IMG/VR virus record: IMGVR_UViG_3300000205_000001
Location: 62,001-99,180 of that record
Length of the DNA stretch: 37,180 bases
Source: an uncultured virus (IMG/VR IMGVR_UViG_3300000205_000001)
Lineage: Duplodnaviria > Heunggongvirae > Uroviricota > Caudoviricetes
Reading direction: 5' to 3' (one strand)
The notes under the pieces are model-generated. The model made no database searches and had not been told where the DNA came from. It saw nothing but the letters and a program-made list of their open reading frames with translations. Each line of letters begins with the position of its first letter. Position 1 is the stretch's first letter. Below are positions 1 to 9,478 of this stretch, piece after piece. A program made the position numbers and the translations under genes.

Positions 1-2
1 AG

Positions 3-3000
3 ATGCCAAGCTTCGTGAAGACCGAGAAAGACGAAGAGCTGTGGAACAAAGCGAAGGAAATCGTCCAGAAGGAATACAACAAGTCGGAGTCTGACGGAGA
101 CGATTACTGGCGGCTGGTGACAGGCATTTACAAGCGAATGGTCGGCGGTCATGCGGAAAAGTCGATTTACAGCCTGTCAGAGCTGACCCTGTTGAATGGG
201 TACAGCCTTCAAAAGAGCAAAAATAAGTCGTCCGATACCCCCGAGGGGGTACATAAAGACCTGCCTCCGGGTGGTGTGTGGCGCACCATTCGGGGGCATC
301 ACGTGTATATCGTGAACGGAAAGATCGTGGCGGGTTCCGTTCCGCACGTATGGAAAACCGGGCAGTATGTCGCCATGGACAAGGAAACCATGGCGAAGCA
401 CCAGGCAAAGCTGGACGAGAAGGCGGAAAAGGAAACGGCGAAAGCCAAGACCACCAAGAAAACCGCCAAAAAGGCTTCCGAAGAGCCGAAGGAAGAGCCA
501 AAGAAGACCACGAAGCGGCAACCGATGGCGAAGCTGGGCGGTGCTGGGCGTGTGCTGGCAAGTGAGCGAATCGCTCAACTGAAAGAAGCCGCCAAGAAGC
601 ACAAAAACGGCCATGTGGTGGAGAACTGGACAGACAAGCAATGGAGCGACTTCTTCTATGAGCACCGGAAAGCTCCCGTCACCAGCCTTCGCAAGTTTCT
701 TAGTGAGCAGGGAGAATCCAAAAAAGGAGCGGGGAAAGATGCTGAGAAAGCTTCTACGAAAGCTGGTACGAATCGCAAGTCAGCAGGGAAGCCATCCGCG
801 AAATCGAGCGGAGCGAAGAGCGGAAGCAAGAAGGCTTCGGAAGCAAAGACAACAACCACGAAAAACACGAAGAAGCCAAAGTCCGCCACCGGGAACGCCA
901 AGGAACAAATGGCGAAAAACCGGAAGGACATTGACGCTATCGTGAATAGCTCCAACAACCACAAGGCAAATAAGAAGGCGCGGGAGACCACGAAGGAGGA
1001 CATTGAATCCTTCGGGAGTAATCCCAAGGTGAAACAGGGCAAGGGTGCAACCAAGGCAGACTTGGACGCTATGCTTGCGTCAAATCCTCCGAAGAAGAAA
1101 GCAAAGGAGACCACAAGAGCAGACTTGGACGCTATGCTTGGGGAAATGCCGAAGAAAGCCGCTGAACCGAAGACCACCAAGACCGCCAAGAAAGCGAAGG
1201 CGGAAGTCAAAGACATCCGTACCGAAGCCCAAAAGAACCGCGAACTGGCGTATGACGTGGGCGACAAGATTGGCGGCGCACGGAAGGACACCTACCAGCG
1301 CAACTTCTACCTGAATCCAACCCCGCAAGCGCTTCAGGAGTTGGAGCAATGGGCACCGGAGCTGGCACAGGTGGCTTGCCGGAAGGAGAACATTCTGAAA
1401 AAGGTGGACTTCGAAGCGGAGTACAAGCGCGGCACAGATGTGAATGTGGCGTTCCTGAAGCAACTCATCTACGACCGTATCTCGCCGAGACCTTCCGAAG
1501 ACACGCCGGAAGCCCGCATGAAGTACCTGTCCGGCATCCGGGAGCTTCACCGGGTGCTGACACCCATCAAGACGTGGGACGACATGCAGAAGGCAATTCG
1601 TGACCTGTCCGACCTTGCCCGAGCAGGTGCCGGGTTGGCGGAAGCAAAACACCGACTGGCGAACGCCGGACAATACTTCTACCTGAACACGGAATACTAT
1701 CAGGAGAAAGTTCGGAAGGGCGAAGAGGCGAAAGCCAAGCTGGACTTCGAAGCGCTGGGCGACAAGCTGAACAACTTCTTCACCGATTACAAAGCCCGCG
1801 AACGGACGTACAAAACCCTGCTGAGTAAGAAGCTGTCGTGGGACAAGTACTTCAACCCGAACGCTTCCGCTGAACCGGAGAAGCGGAAGGTGGAGCGAGG
1901 GGCACAGAAGAAGCGCTGGGAGCGTCGAGCTGTGGACGAGCATCAGCGCACAGGCGGGCGTGAGACCCCTGTGAAGAAGCCGGAAGACATGGTGAAAGTC
2001 TTCGGCATGAGGGGCGTGGAGTTCGGGCACTGGGTGGACGATGCCGCCGGGCTGTACCACCTGAAGCGCTCCGCTGAGGCTTTCCACGACCTTGCCGACA
2101 TCTTGGGCATGGACGACAAGGATGTGTCCCTGAATGGACGGCTGGCGATTGCTTTTGGCGCACGGGGCAAAGGACGGGCGCTGGCGCATTATGAGCCTGG
2201 CCGCAAGGTTATCAACATGACCAAATACGGCGGCGCGGGTTCGCTGGCGCATGAATGGGGGCATGCGCTGGACAACATCCTCTACCAATACTCCCACGGT
2301 GGCAAAGGCTCCATCTCCATGGCTTCCGAAGGAGACATGGGCGACCATGACCAGAAGCTGAAAGAGCTGTACAACAACCTGATGGAAGCCATTATGAAGC
2401 CCGCTCCGGGCGACAAGGGCGGCACGAAGAAAATCAAGCTGGATTCGTCCAAAAAGCTCTACACCACCTACTACCCGGAAATGCGCCGGGACGTAGAAAG
2501 CGGCATGTCGCCGCAGGACGTGTACACCAAGTGGGCGGGGAAAATCAACAACGACATCGACCGCCAAATTCGGGCGGTGAAGAACAACCCGTTTCGCACC
2601 CCGGCAGACATCGAGAAGCGGGTGAAGGCGTTGGAGCGTCAGCGTACCCGGGAGATGAACGACTTGGCGGGGCGTATCGCCCAAGAGTTTCGCTACAAGA
2701 TGGGCGGGCACAAGACCGGGGAGCACTTCCAAGCGGAAATCGAAGTGCCGACCGGGCACTCCGAATACTACACCCGGATGCAAGAGCTGGACGGAAACGG
2801 CAAGAGCTACTACGCCCAGCCTGATGAGATGTTTGCCCGTGTGTTTGAATCCTACATTGAGGACAAGCTCAACGCCGCCAAGCGCAAGAACAACTACTTG
2901 GTGTGGGACACCAAAACCACCCGTGGTTCGGACGCGCCATTCCCGGTGGACAAAGAGCGCAAGCACATGCACAGCGCCATGGAAGCTCTTCTGAAGTATG

Positions 3001-3779
3001 TCGTCAAAGGCGGGGCGTTGAAGAAAGCGCTGGAGATGGAGCTTCGGAAGGGATATCTCACCTTCAACCATCCGGCGCTGAGTGGGGAAACCAAGCGCTA
3101 CGCTTACCCGGTGGACTGGACACGCGGCACCTACACGGTGGAAGACGTGTTCTATATCCCGGTCAACCGTCTGAACATGGTCTATCAAACCGAAGCCGCC
3201 ACGGACTGGGACAAGGTGAAGGAGAACATGGACAGGATGAGAGCCGGGGAAGCGCTGGAGCCTGTGGTGATTGGCTATGACTACGACATCCATGACGGAC
3301 ACCACCGCTGGTTGGCGGCAAAGGCGCTTGACCACACCCATGTGCCTTGTGTGGTAGGCGGCACGAACGAGCTGGACGTACAGCGGGCGAAAGAGAAGTA
3401 CGCCGAGCTGTGGAAATCCATTATCCCTGACCCAACCGGAACCAGTCCCTTCCCGGAAGACGGCACCATCATGTTCCGGGGCATCGGTCAGCGGGAGCTG
3501 GACTTCATTCGGAAGCACGGCTACATCCAATCGAAGGGCAAAGGCAATGACGACGACAAGGAAGACCGGGAGACGTGCTTTAGCACCACCTTCCGGCAGG
3601 CGGAAGGGTACGCCCGAAGCAACTACGACCTGTACGGAGAGACTGCCGCTTACGTCATTGTCGTGCCAAGACCGCCTTGGGTAGAGGAAGACGAACACGG
3701 GGAGCTGATTGCCCGCCGACCTGTCCCGGTGCACAACGTCACCGCGCTGTTCCCGATTCCGAAGGATGAGCGGGTATGA
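3..3779 (+). CDS. Large polyvalent protein: Lys/Ala-rich N-terminal region, zincin metallopeptidase/LPD1-like domain, ParB/Srx-like domain, C-terminal ADP-ribosyltransferase-like domain
   Basis: 1258 aa ORF. Motifs: DVGDKIGGARKD; RGVEFGHW...LAIAFGARG.G.ALAHYEP...INMTK..GAGSLAHEWGHALD (HExxH at ~2250); YYAQPDEMFARVFESY; ParB-like EPVVI...DGHHRWLAAK...VPCVV (~3150-3360); ART-like FRG...CFST...EHGE (~3465-3776). The start is at the window edge, so an upstream extension is possible. Confidence 0.8.
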   Translation: MPSFVKTEKDEELWNKAKEIVQKEYNKSESDGDDYWRLVTGIYKRMVGGHAEKSIYSLSELTLLNGYSLQKSKNKSSDTPEGVHKDLPPGGVWRTIRGHHVYIVNGKIVAGSVPHVWKTGQYVAMDKETMAKHQAKLDEKAEKETAKAKTTKKTAKKASEEPKEEPKKTTKRQPMAKLGGAGRVLASERIAQLKEAAKKHKNGHVVENWTDKQWSDFFYEHRKAPVTSLRKFLSEQGESKKGAGKDAEKASTKAGTNRKSAGKPSAKSSGAKSGSKKASEAKTTTTKNTKKPKSATGNAKEQMAKNRKDIDAIVNSSNNHKANKKARETTKEDIESFGSNPKVKQGKGATKADLDAMLASNPPKKKAKETTRADLDAMLGEMPKKAAEPKTTKTAKKAKAEVKDIRTEAQKNRELAYDVGDKIGGARKDTYQRNFYLNPTPQALQELEQWAPELAQVACRKENILKKVDFEAEYKRGTDVNVAFLKQLIYDRISPRPSEDTPEARMKYLSGIRELHRVLTPIKTWDDMQKAIRDLSDLARAGAGLAEAKHRLANAGQYFYLNTEYYQEKVRKGEEAKAKLDFEALGDKLNNFFTDYKARERTYKTLLSKKLSWDKYFNPNASAEPEKRKVERGAQKKRWERRAVDEHQRTGGRETPVKKPEDMVKVFGMRGVEFGHWVDDAAGLYHLKRSAEAFHDLADILGMDDKDVSLNGRLAIAFGARGKGRALAHYEPGRKVINMTKYGGAGSLAHEWGHALDNILYQYSHGGKGSISMASEGDMGDHDQKLKELYNNLMEAIMKPAPGDKGGTKKIKLDSSKKLYTTYYPEMRRDVESGMSPQDVYTKWAGKINNDIDRQIRAVKNNPFRTPADIEKRVKALERQRTREMNDLAGRIAQEFRYKMGGHKTGEHFQAEIEVPTGHSEYYTRMQELDGNGKSYYAQPDEMFARVFESYIEDKLNAAKRKNNYLVWDTKTTRGSDAPFPVDKERKHMHSAMEALLKYVVKGGALKKALEMELRKGYLTFNHPALSGETKRYAYPVDWTRGTYTVEDVFYIPVNRLNMVYQTEAATDWDKVKENMDRMRAGEALEPVVIGYDYDIHDGHHRWLAAKALDHTHVPCVVGGTNELDVQRAKEKYAELWKSIIPDPTGTSPFPEDGTIMFRGIGQRELDFIRKHGYIQSKGKGNDDDKEDRETCFSTTFRQAEGYARSNYDLYGETAAYVIVVPRPPWVEEDEHGELIARRPVPVHNVTALFPIPKDERV
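1056..1140 (+). repeat. 22-bp direct repeat inside ORF1 (peptide ADLDAML)
   Basis: gcagacttggacgctatgcttg at 1056-1077 and 1119-1140; a more degenerate KKARETTKEDI unit lies just upstream. Confidence 0.85.
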
Positions 3780-3805
3780 CACTCCTGTTCAAACTTGGAC
3801 AATTT

Positions 3806-3863
3806 TGCTAAAATGAAGGCGACTTAGGCAACGGGTGGACTTCCGAAGTCACCCGTTTGTCTA
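3806..3863 (+). promoter_or_regulatory. Extended -10-like element followed by a leader hairpin capped by CTTCCGAAG
   Basis: TGcTAAAAT at 3806-3814 with no clear -35; hairpin taggca-acgggt-g-gacttc(c)gaagtc-acccgt-t-tgtcta at 3825-3863; RBS AAAGGGGGA before ATG 3887. Confidence 0.45.
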
Positions 3864-3886
3864 TATTGCCGAAAGGGGGAAACCGC

Positions 3887-6800
3887 ATGGAGACAACGAA
3901 GCCGTTCCTGTACATCGACTTATCCAAGGCGTGGCGGGAAGAGTTGCACCCACGGGATAAGTACGGCAGGTTTACCACCGTCAAAGGCGGAAGCCGTGTC
4001 GTGACGAAGACAGGGAAAACAGGGGTAGTCGAAGAAGTTACGGACACCCACTACCACGTCCGCTACGACGATGGGAGAAAAGGCAAGGTAGCGAAGGACA
4101 ACGCTATCCATGTCAATGACCACAAGAAAGTCATGGACGCCCAAAAAGCCGAGAAAGCCAAAGCGAAGAAGCGCAAAGCGGCGGCAGAGAAGGCGAAGAA
4201 GACCAAGGAGCATAACAAGACCAACGCAACCGGGAAGACGGGAGCCGCCAAGCCGCTGAAAGACCCGACCGCGACCGCTCCGAAGAAGGCGGCGAAGAAA
4301 GCTTCCGAGGCGAAAAAAGCTACGGCAAAGGCGGCAAAGCCGAAGAAGCAAAGCCGGGCGAAAGAAGCGCTGAACGCGCCTGTGCTGAAGCGTAACGTGC
4401 GTCATGACACCGAAGACATCCGGGAAATTAAGCAGACCATTCCGCAGAAGAAGGCTTCGGAAGTTCCGAAGAGTGAGCAGAACGAAGCCATCAGGGAATA
4501 CAAGGAAATGGAGACCAAGGGCACTGGCTCCATGAGCAAGCTGGACATGGATTGGAACAGCCACCCGGACGTAAAGCGCATCCTCTCGCAACCTGTCGCA
4601 AAGCGCAACGCAGAGGAAATCCGCCGTGTCGCCGGGGAGATTGCCAACGCCAATGACAAGCTGGCGCGTTCCGTGGTGCTGAAGATGGGCAACGCCCGTG
4701 GTTTGCACTTGGCAAGCCAAGTGAACCGCATCGGCAACAAGGCAACCAATCCGAAGAACGTCATTGTGCAGGAGACCAATTACTACGGGGACATGCTCCA
4801 GTCCGCACGGGCAACCATGTACGAGACGCTTCACAACGTCTTGGCGGGAAGCCAAAATCCGGGCAAGGACACGTCCATTGGCAAGCATGTGGTTCGCCGC
4901 ATGAAGGACAAGCTTCATCGGGACATGTACGCGCTTCTGAACGATATTCCCGCGCCGCATGAAATCCGCGCCGCCATTGGCGACATGCGGAAAGCGGAAA
5001 TGCACCTGACGCAGAAGCTTGGGCGCATCCCGACCAACGAAGAGCTGGGCGCGTACCTGCAAGAGAACTCCAAAGCCTTCCGGGAAGCTCCCATCGTCAA
5101 ACCTCCGAAGTGGGATGAGGCGAAGAACGACTGGGTGGCGACCAAAGAGCGCTACGAAGACCCGGCGGAGCGGCTTCAAGCTCTTCGGAACTATGCAAGC
5201 CAGCAAAAAGCTACGTCTCTTGACCAAAACATTGGTTCCGAAGGAGAGCGGGAAGTCTCCTTGAAGGACAGCATGGCAGACGACTCTCGTAGCCCGGAAG
5301 AGCACGTTCTGAAAAAAGAGCGTCAGTCGGCACTGGAAGACGCAGTTCCGAAGGCGTTCAGCGAATTGGGGCTGACGGACGACGAAATCAAAGTCTTGCT
5401 GACCAAGCATAGCGCACCTTCCACGGCGTCCCCGAGCAAAGCCAGCCTGACGGACGAAGAGACGGCGGAGCAGTTGAACGCCCAGCACGGCATGAAGGTG
5501 GACGGCAAGTGGGTAGCCAACCGCCGCGCTTCCGCCATGAAGAAGCTTCAGCGGGCGCTGGAAGAGAAGCACCCGGCGCTGATGCAACTGCACAGCATGA
5601 TGAAGTCCTTTGCGCTGGCAATGATTTTCAAGGCGCTCTACGAATACGACTTGGTGAAGTCCCTGCATGCGTGGGGCGTAGACCACACGCTTTTGCAACA
5701 GCGCTTTGTTCGGAAGGCAACGGCGCAAGACCGCATCGAGCTGTACAAGTCCTTGGCTCCGCATGAGTACGTAGGTTCCTACGTTACCACCGACGAGGGG
5801 CACATTATCGCCAATGTGGTGGAGTTTGTCCTGCCGGAGACCAACGCCCTGTACAAGTCCTTCAATGCGTTCATGAGCGGGATTCAGAAGTCCATGTTTG
5901 CTCACAAAGGCAAAAACCACGAAGTCAACAAAAAGGCTTCGGAGTACGTGAAGGCGAATTCGGGAAAGTACCAAGCCCTAGCCAACAGCCAGCAGGAGCG
6001 CGTGAAGCAGAAAAAGAGTAGTGGCAAAGCGCTCACATGGTCTGAAGAACTCCTGCTGAAAAATCCCGGTACGTGTTGGATTACATGGGGCGGAAAGAAA
6101 ATTCTGATTCACGGAAGTACCGGGGAAATCAAGTACGACTCCGCGAACGAAGCACACCGCGAAGAGCACAACCAAGGCGCACAGGAAGAGAAAATCGACT
6201 TCCACCATGAACGGGAAGCCTTGGAAGAGCACGAAAGCGAAGCGGAGAAACGTGCCTTGGAAGCGTGGGAAAAGGAAGGGAAGAACCTGAAAGGGAACTT
6301 CCGAACCAAGTTCCTCCGTGACCACCGCCTGACGGAAAACGAAGACGGCACGGTAACCTTCAACCGCCATCAGGATGTTTCGGAAGACAACCGCCACCTG
6401 ATTGACCATGGCATCCGGGCGTTCCATGAGGAAATGTCCAAGATGAAAAGCGACTGGGACAAACTCCACGCCGCCATGAAGGAAGAGAACAAGCACAAGG
6501 TAACGAACCACTACGCCGACATGAGCGAAGAGGAACGCGCCGAGTACGACAAGCTCTCCAGAGAGGAACAGGCGATTGCGACCGGAAACCACCTGCTGGA
6601 TAAGGAAGGCGTACTTGACCGCCTGAAGCGGTTCCATGACGAAGCCCAAGGGAAGTCCAAGGAAGAGCAAGCCCAGCTTGCAGAAGAACTTCTGAATGAC
6701 CTGAAGGGTATGGAGCACGGCTCCATGGCGTTGGTCAACAAGAAAATCATGCTGGGCGGCGGTGCGAACTTGGCGGGTATCGCTGGGGCGCTTCTGGAGT

Positions 6801-8586
6801 ACGACCCGACTTCCGAAGAGGGAAGGAAGGAAATCGCCAAGCGGATTGGCACTTCCGAGCTTGCCCGCGCCAACGAAGAAGCTGGAAAAAACCTGATTGC
6901 AGAAGGCAAGTACCTCATCGGCAACCCGCTCACCGGAAAGACCATGGTGGTGCACGTAGGACACGCCTTCGAAGGCGGGCGCGGCGGACGTGGCGGCAAG
7001 CTGGCTCCAGTCATTAAGGAGGCGTTCGACCCGGAAGGCGGACAGCACGAAGACCTGCAAAGCTGGGGCGGTCTCGCCCGGGCGCTGGGCTTCAAAAACG
7101 AGAAGGGCAACACGGCTGACCTGAAAAAGCTCATCATCGACAGCGCCAACAAGGACGCCAACAGCCCGATGGTCAAACCGCTTTCCGAAGACGAATACCT
7201 GAAGCACCGCGCCAACACGAAGCTGGGGCTTCAGGAGACCATGCTCCACAAGGAGTTTAAGCTGGTCAATCAGTCCCGCGACGACAAAGGCAATATCACC
7301 AGCCAAACCTTCGCACAGAAGATGCCGGATGGAACCGTCAACCACATCACGGTGGACGGAGAGGGCTACATTCAAGACCCGCTGATGAGACGCCTTTTGA
7401 ACCAACGGAAGCCCGTGACCAATGAGAAAGAGCTGAACGAACTGCTGAAAAACGCTGTCGGCAACCGCCGATGGGTAACGGCTCACTTCGGAAGCGACAT
7501 TCACATTGGTGACGCGCTGGGGCACCACATCCTGCTGGAGTATGACGGCAAAGGCGCTCCCCGGGTAGTCGGCGGGAAGTACGATGGGTACCGCTACATC
7601 GACGCCGCAGACGTTCCGAAGGGTGCCATCGACCCGGCGACCGGGGAACCTGTGAAGGCGCTGTTCAAAAACGGCAAGCTGGTAGACCGCCGCTTCACCA
7701 CCATGAACGAAGTGCCGATGGAAGTGGGCAATGCGGTCTTGTACCCAACAGGAAACGGCACCTTCCGAAAAGGACGCATCCATTCCGAAGTCGAAGGCGG
7801 CTTCAAGATTACGGACGGCAAAGGGCACGTCATTGGCGTGTTCAAGAAATCCGAACTGAAGCCTGCCAAACAGGAGGGGCGCATCCTCTCCGAGAGCGGT
7901 CAGGTTGTGGTGGACACGCACCAAGAGGGCGTCCACCGCATGAACGTGGATGAAGCGTTCAAGCCTGCCAGCGATAAGAAGCGGGACATTGCCCGGGCAG
8001 AGAAAGCCAAGGCGCTGTTCGCAGAAGCCCTTCGGAAGGCGAAGGTGAACAAAGCCTTTGACGAAGAGGGCAACCTGAGAAGCGACTTGGAGCTGTCTGA
8101 CCCGATGATGAGGCGGCTTCAGAAGGTACTGGGACGCTCCAAGGCGGGGCGCGAGATGCTTGCGAAGTTCAGCACGACCAAGCTCCCGGCAACGCTCAAA
8201 ATCCATGTGCCGGAAAGTCAGCGCTCCACAGTGGAGCAGTACGGCGTCACCGTCCGGGCAGACGGCACGGCGACCATCTCCCCGGCGAAGTTTGAAGAGC
8301 TTCGGGAAGCACTGGGCGGGTTGTCGCTGACACACCGGGCGCAGGAGATGCTTCAGGAGCACTTCCAGCGCAAAGACCGCACCCCGAAGACGGTGGAAGA
8401 GCTGAAGCAACGCTACCAGCCTTCCCAAGTGCCCAACAAGGGAGAGGGAAGCTTCGGGTACCACTATCAGCAACAGTTCAAGCCGAACAGCTTCCTGATG
8501 GACGCCAACAAGGGCTTGTACGGAACCCAGTTGGAAGGCGTGGCGCACATGATTGAGCGCGGAAGAGTGGTTGTTGGACACGGGAT
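3887..8586 (+). CDS. Exon 1 of a giant polyvalent protein (HPRxxxGRF motif, KOW/SH3-like, sigma-70-like r2-r4, second KOW-like, start of SNF2 helicase)
   Basis: ATG 3887 has a strong RBS (the track start at 3857 is less likely). Motifs: LHPRDKYGRF; sigma-like LTQKLGRIPTNEELG, TSLDQNIGSEGEREVSLKDSMADD, LTDDEIKVL...LTDEETAEQL...ASAMKKLQ. Ends LYGTQLEGV...VVVGHG-AT, the first half of helicase motif I. Confidence 0.8.
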
Positions 8587-9478
8587 TAACCTACACACTT
8601 GCCATGACCTTACCCGTCTGGTAGCATAGGGGTAAGGAGATGGTAGAAAATGGCGGCTTTTATGGAATGTAATGAAGAGGCATATTACTGGCTTGGGGTT
8701 CTGTTCGCAGACGGTGCCGGAAATTACCCGGATTACCGCCTATGCTTAAAATCCAAACATGCGAACTTTATTCAAGCGTTTGCAGACTACGTAAGTAAAC
8801 CCGTGAAAACGGGAATGGGAATGGGCGCAAGAAGTGTCGTGTATCGGGTAGACTTCTACAGCAAAGAGATTCGGCTACGTCTGATTGAATTAGGGTACAC
8901 CGTTTCTCGTAAAGCAGATAGGGCATTACCTGAAATTCCACCGAGTATGGTACGACACTTTCTACGCGGGTACTTTGACGGAGACGGTAGCATTCACAAA
9001 GACCGTCGGAAGCCGAATTGTTGGAGACTTGAATGGTGCGTACATAAGTCGGCTTCCGAAGCGATAAAACATCTTCTCGAAGTACACTGTCCGAGTGCGA
9101 ACGTACGGCTGTATGATAAAAAGTCAGTGGATTGCCTTATGATCTACAATTCCGAAGGGGTGCAGGAAGTTCTTCGTTTCTTATACGAAAATGCTTCCGT
9201 GTGTCCACACCCCAAGGTAAAAGCGCCAGGTGTGCAGTCCCTTGTAGAAGGAATTCTACAAGCAAAGCGGGTGAATTCGGTGAACGCCTAAGTCCGAGAG
9301 GATATGGCAACACCGAGCCAAGCCGAAGGGCACCTTCGGAAGGTGTAACGACTACTGGAGGGGTTAGTCCCCTTAATAACCAGCAGGAGCGCCCGCCATC
9401 CAGAACGGATGATGATATAGTCTAGTCCGGCTGTTAGCTACCGACAGCACAAATATCCCGAAAGGGACGGTATAAACG
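8587..9478 (+). mobile_element. Group I self-splicing intron with homing endonuclease inserted in the P1 loop
   Basis: 5' exon ends in U (GGGAU, 8586) and pairs with internal guide GUCCC (9237-9241). P2 is cttgtagaa-ggaa-ttctacaag (9241-9262). Core elements: gcgggtgaattcggtgaa, aacaccgagccaagc, gtaacgact, gcgcccgcc, gatgatatagtct. Terminal G at 9478. Splicing restores in-frame GHG-M-GVGKT. Confidence 0.92.
8650..9291 (+). CDS. Intron-encoded LAGLIDADG homing endonuclease (two-motif)
   Basis: YWLGVLFADG and HFLRGYFDGDGSI motifs; RBS AAGGAG at 8634-8639; lower GC than flanking exons; 3' end runs into the intron core. Confidence 0.9.
   Translation: MAAFMECNEEAYYWLGVLFADGAGNYPDYRLCLKSKHANFIQAFADYVSKPVKTGMGMGARSVVYRVDFYSKEIRLRLIELGYTVSRKADRALPEIPPSMVRHFLRGYFDGDGSIHKDRRKPNCWRLEWCVHKSASEAIKHLLEVHCPSANVRLYDKKSVDCLMIYNSEGVQEVLRFLYENASVCPHPKVKAPGVQSLVEGILQAKRVNSVNA

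Noticed and set aside
1080..8581. Long minus-strand ORFs (1080-3782, 3920-5974, 5978-8581 and similar ones elsewhere)
   Set aside because: Antisense shadows of + strand genes with biased codon usage; no RBS or recognisable motifs
8589..8609. Intron 5' end resembles the antisense of the spliced junction (15/21 match)
   Set aside because: It gives no U-G pair at the splice site; GUCCC at 9237 is the better guide. The segment is explained by a P1 extension and possibly P10 pairing.
9132..9425. 97-aa ORF over the intron core
   Set aside because: Overlaps the endonuclease and ribozyme core; no RBS or motif
8587..9478. Intein or frameshifted-pseudogene explanation for the helicase interruption
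   Set aside because: The endonuclease is in a different frame with its own RBS and stop, there are no intein terminal residues, and group I core elements and splice sites are present
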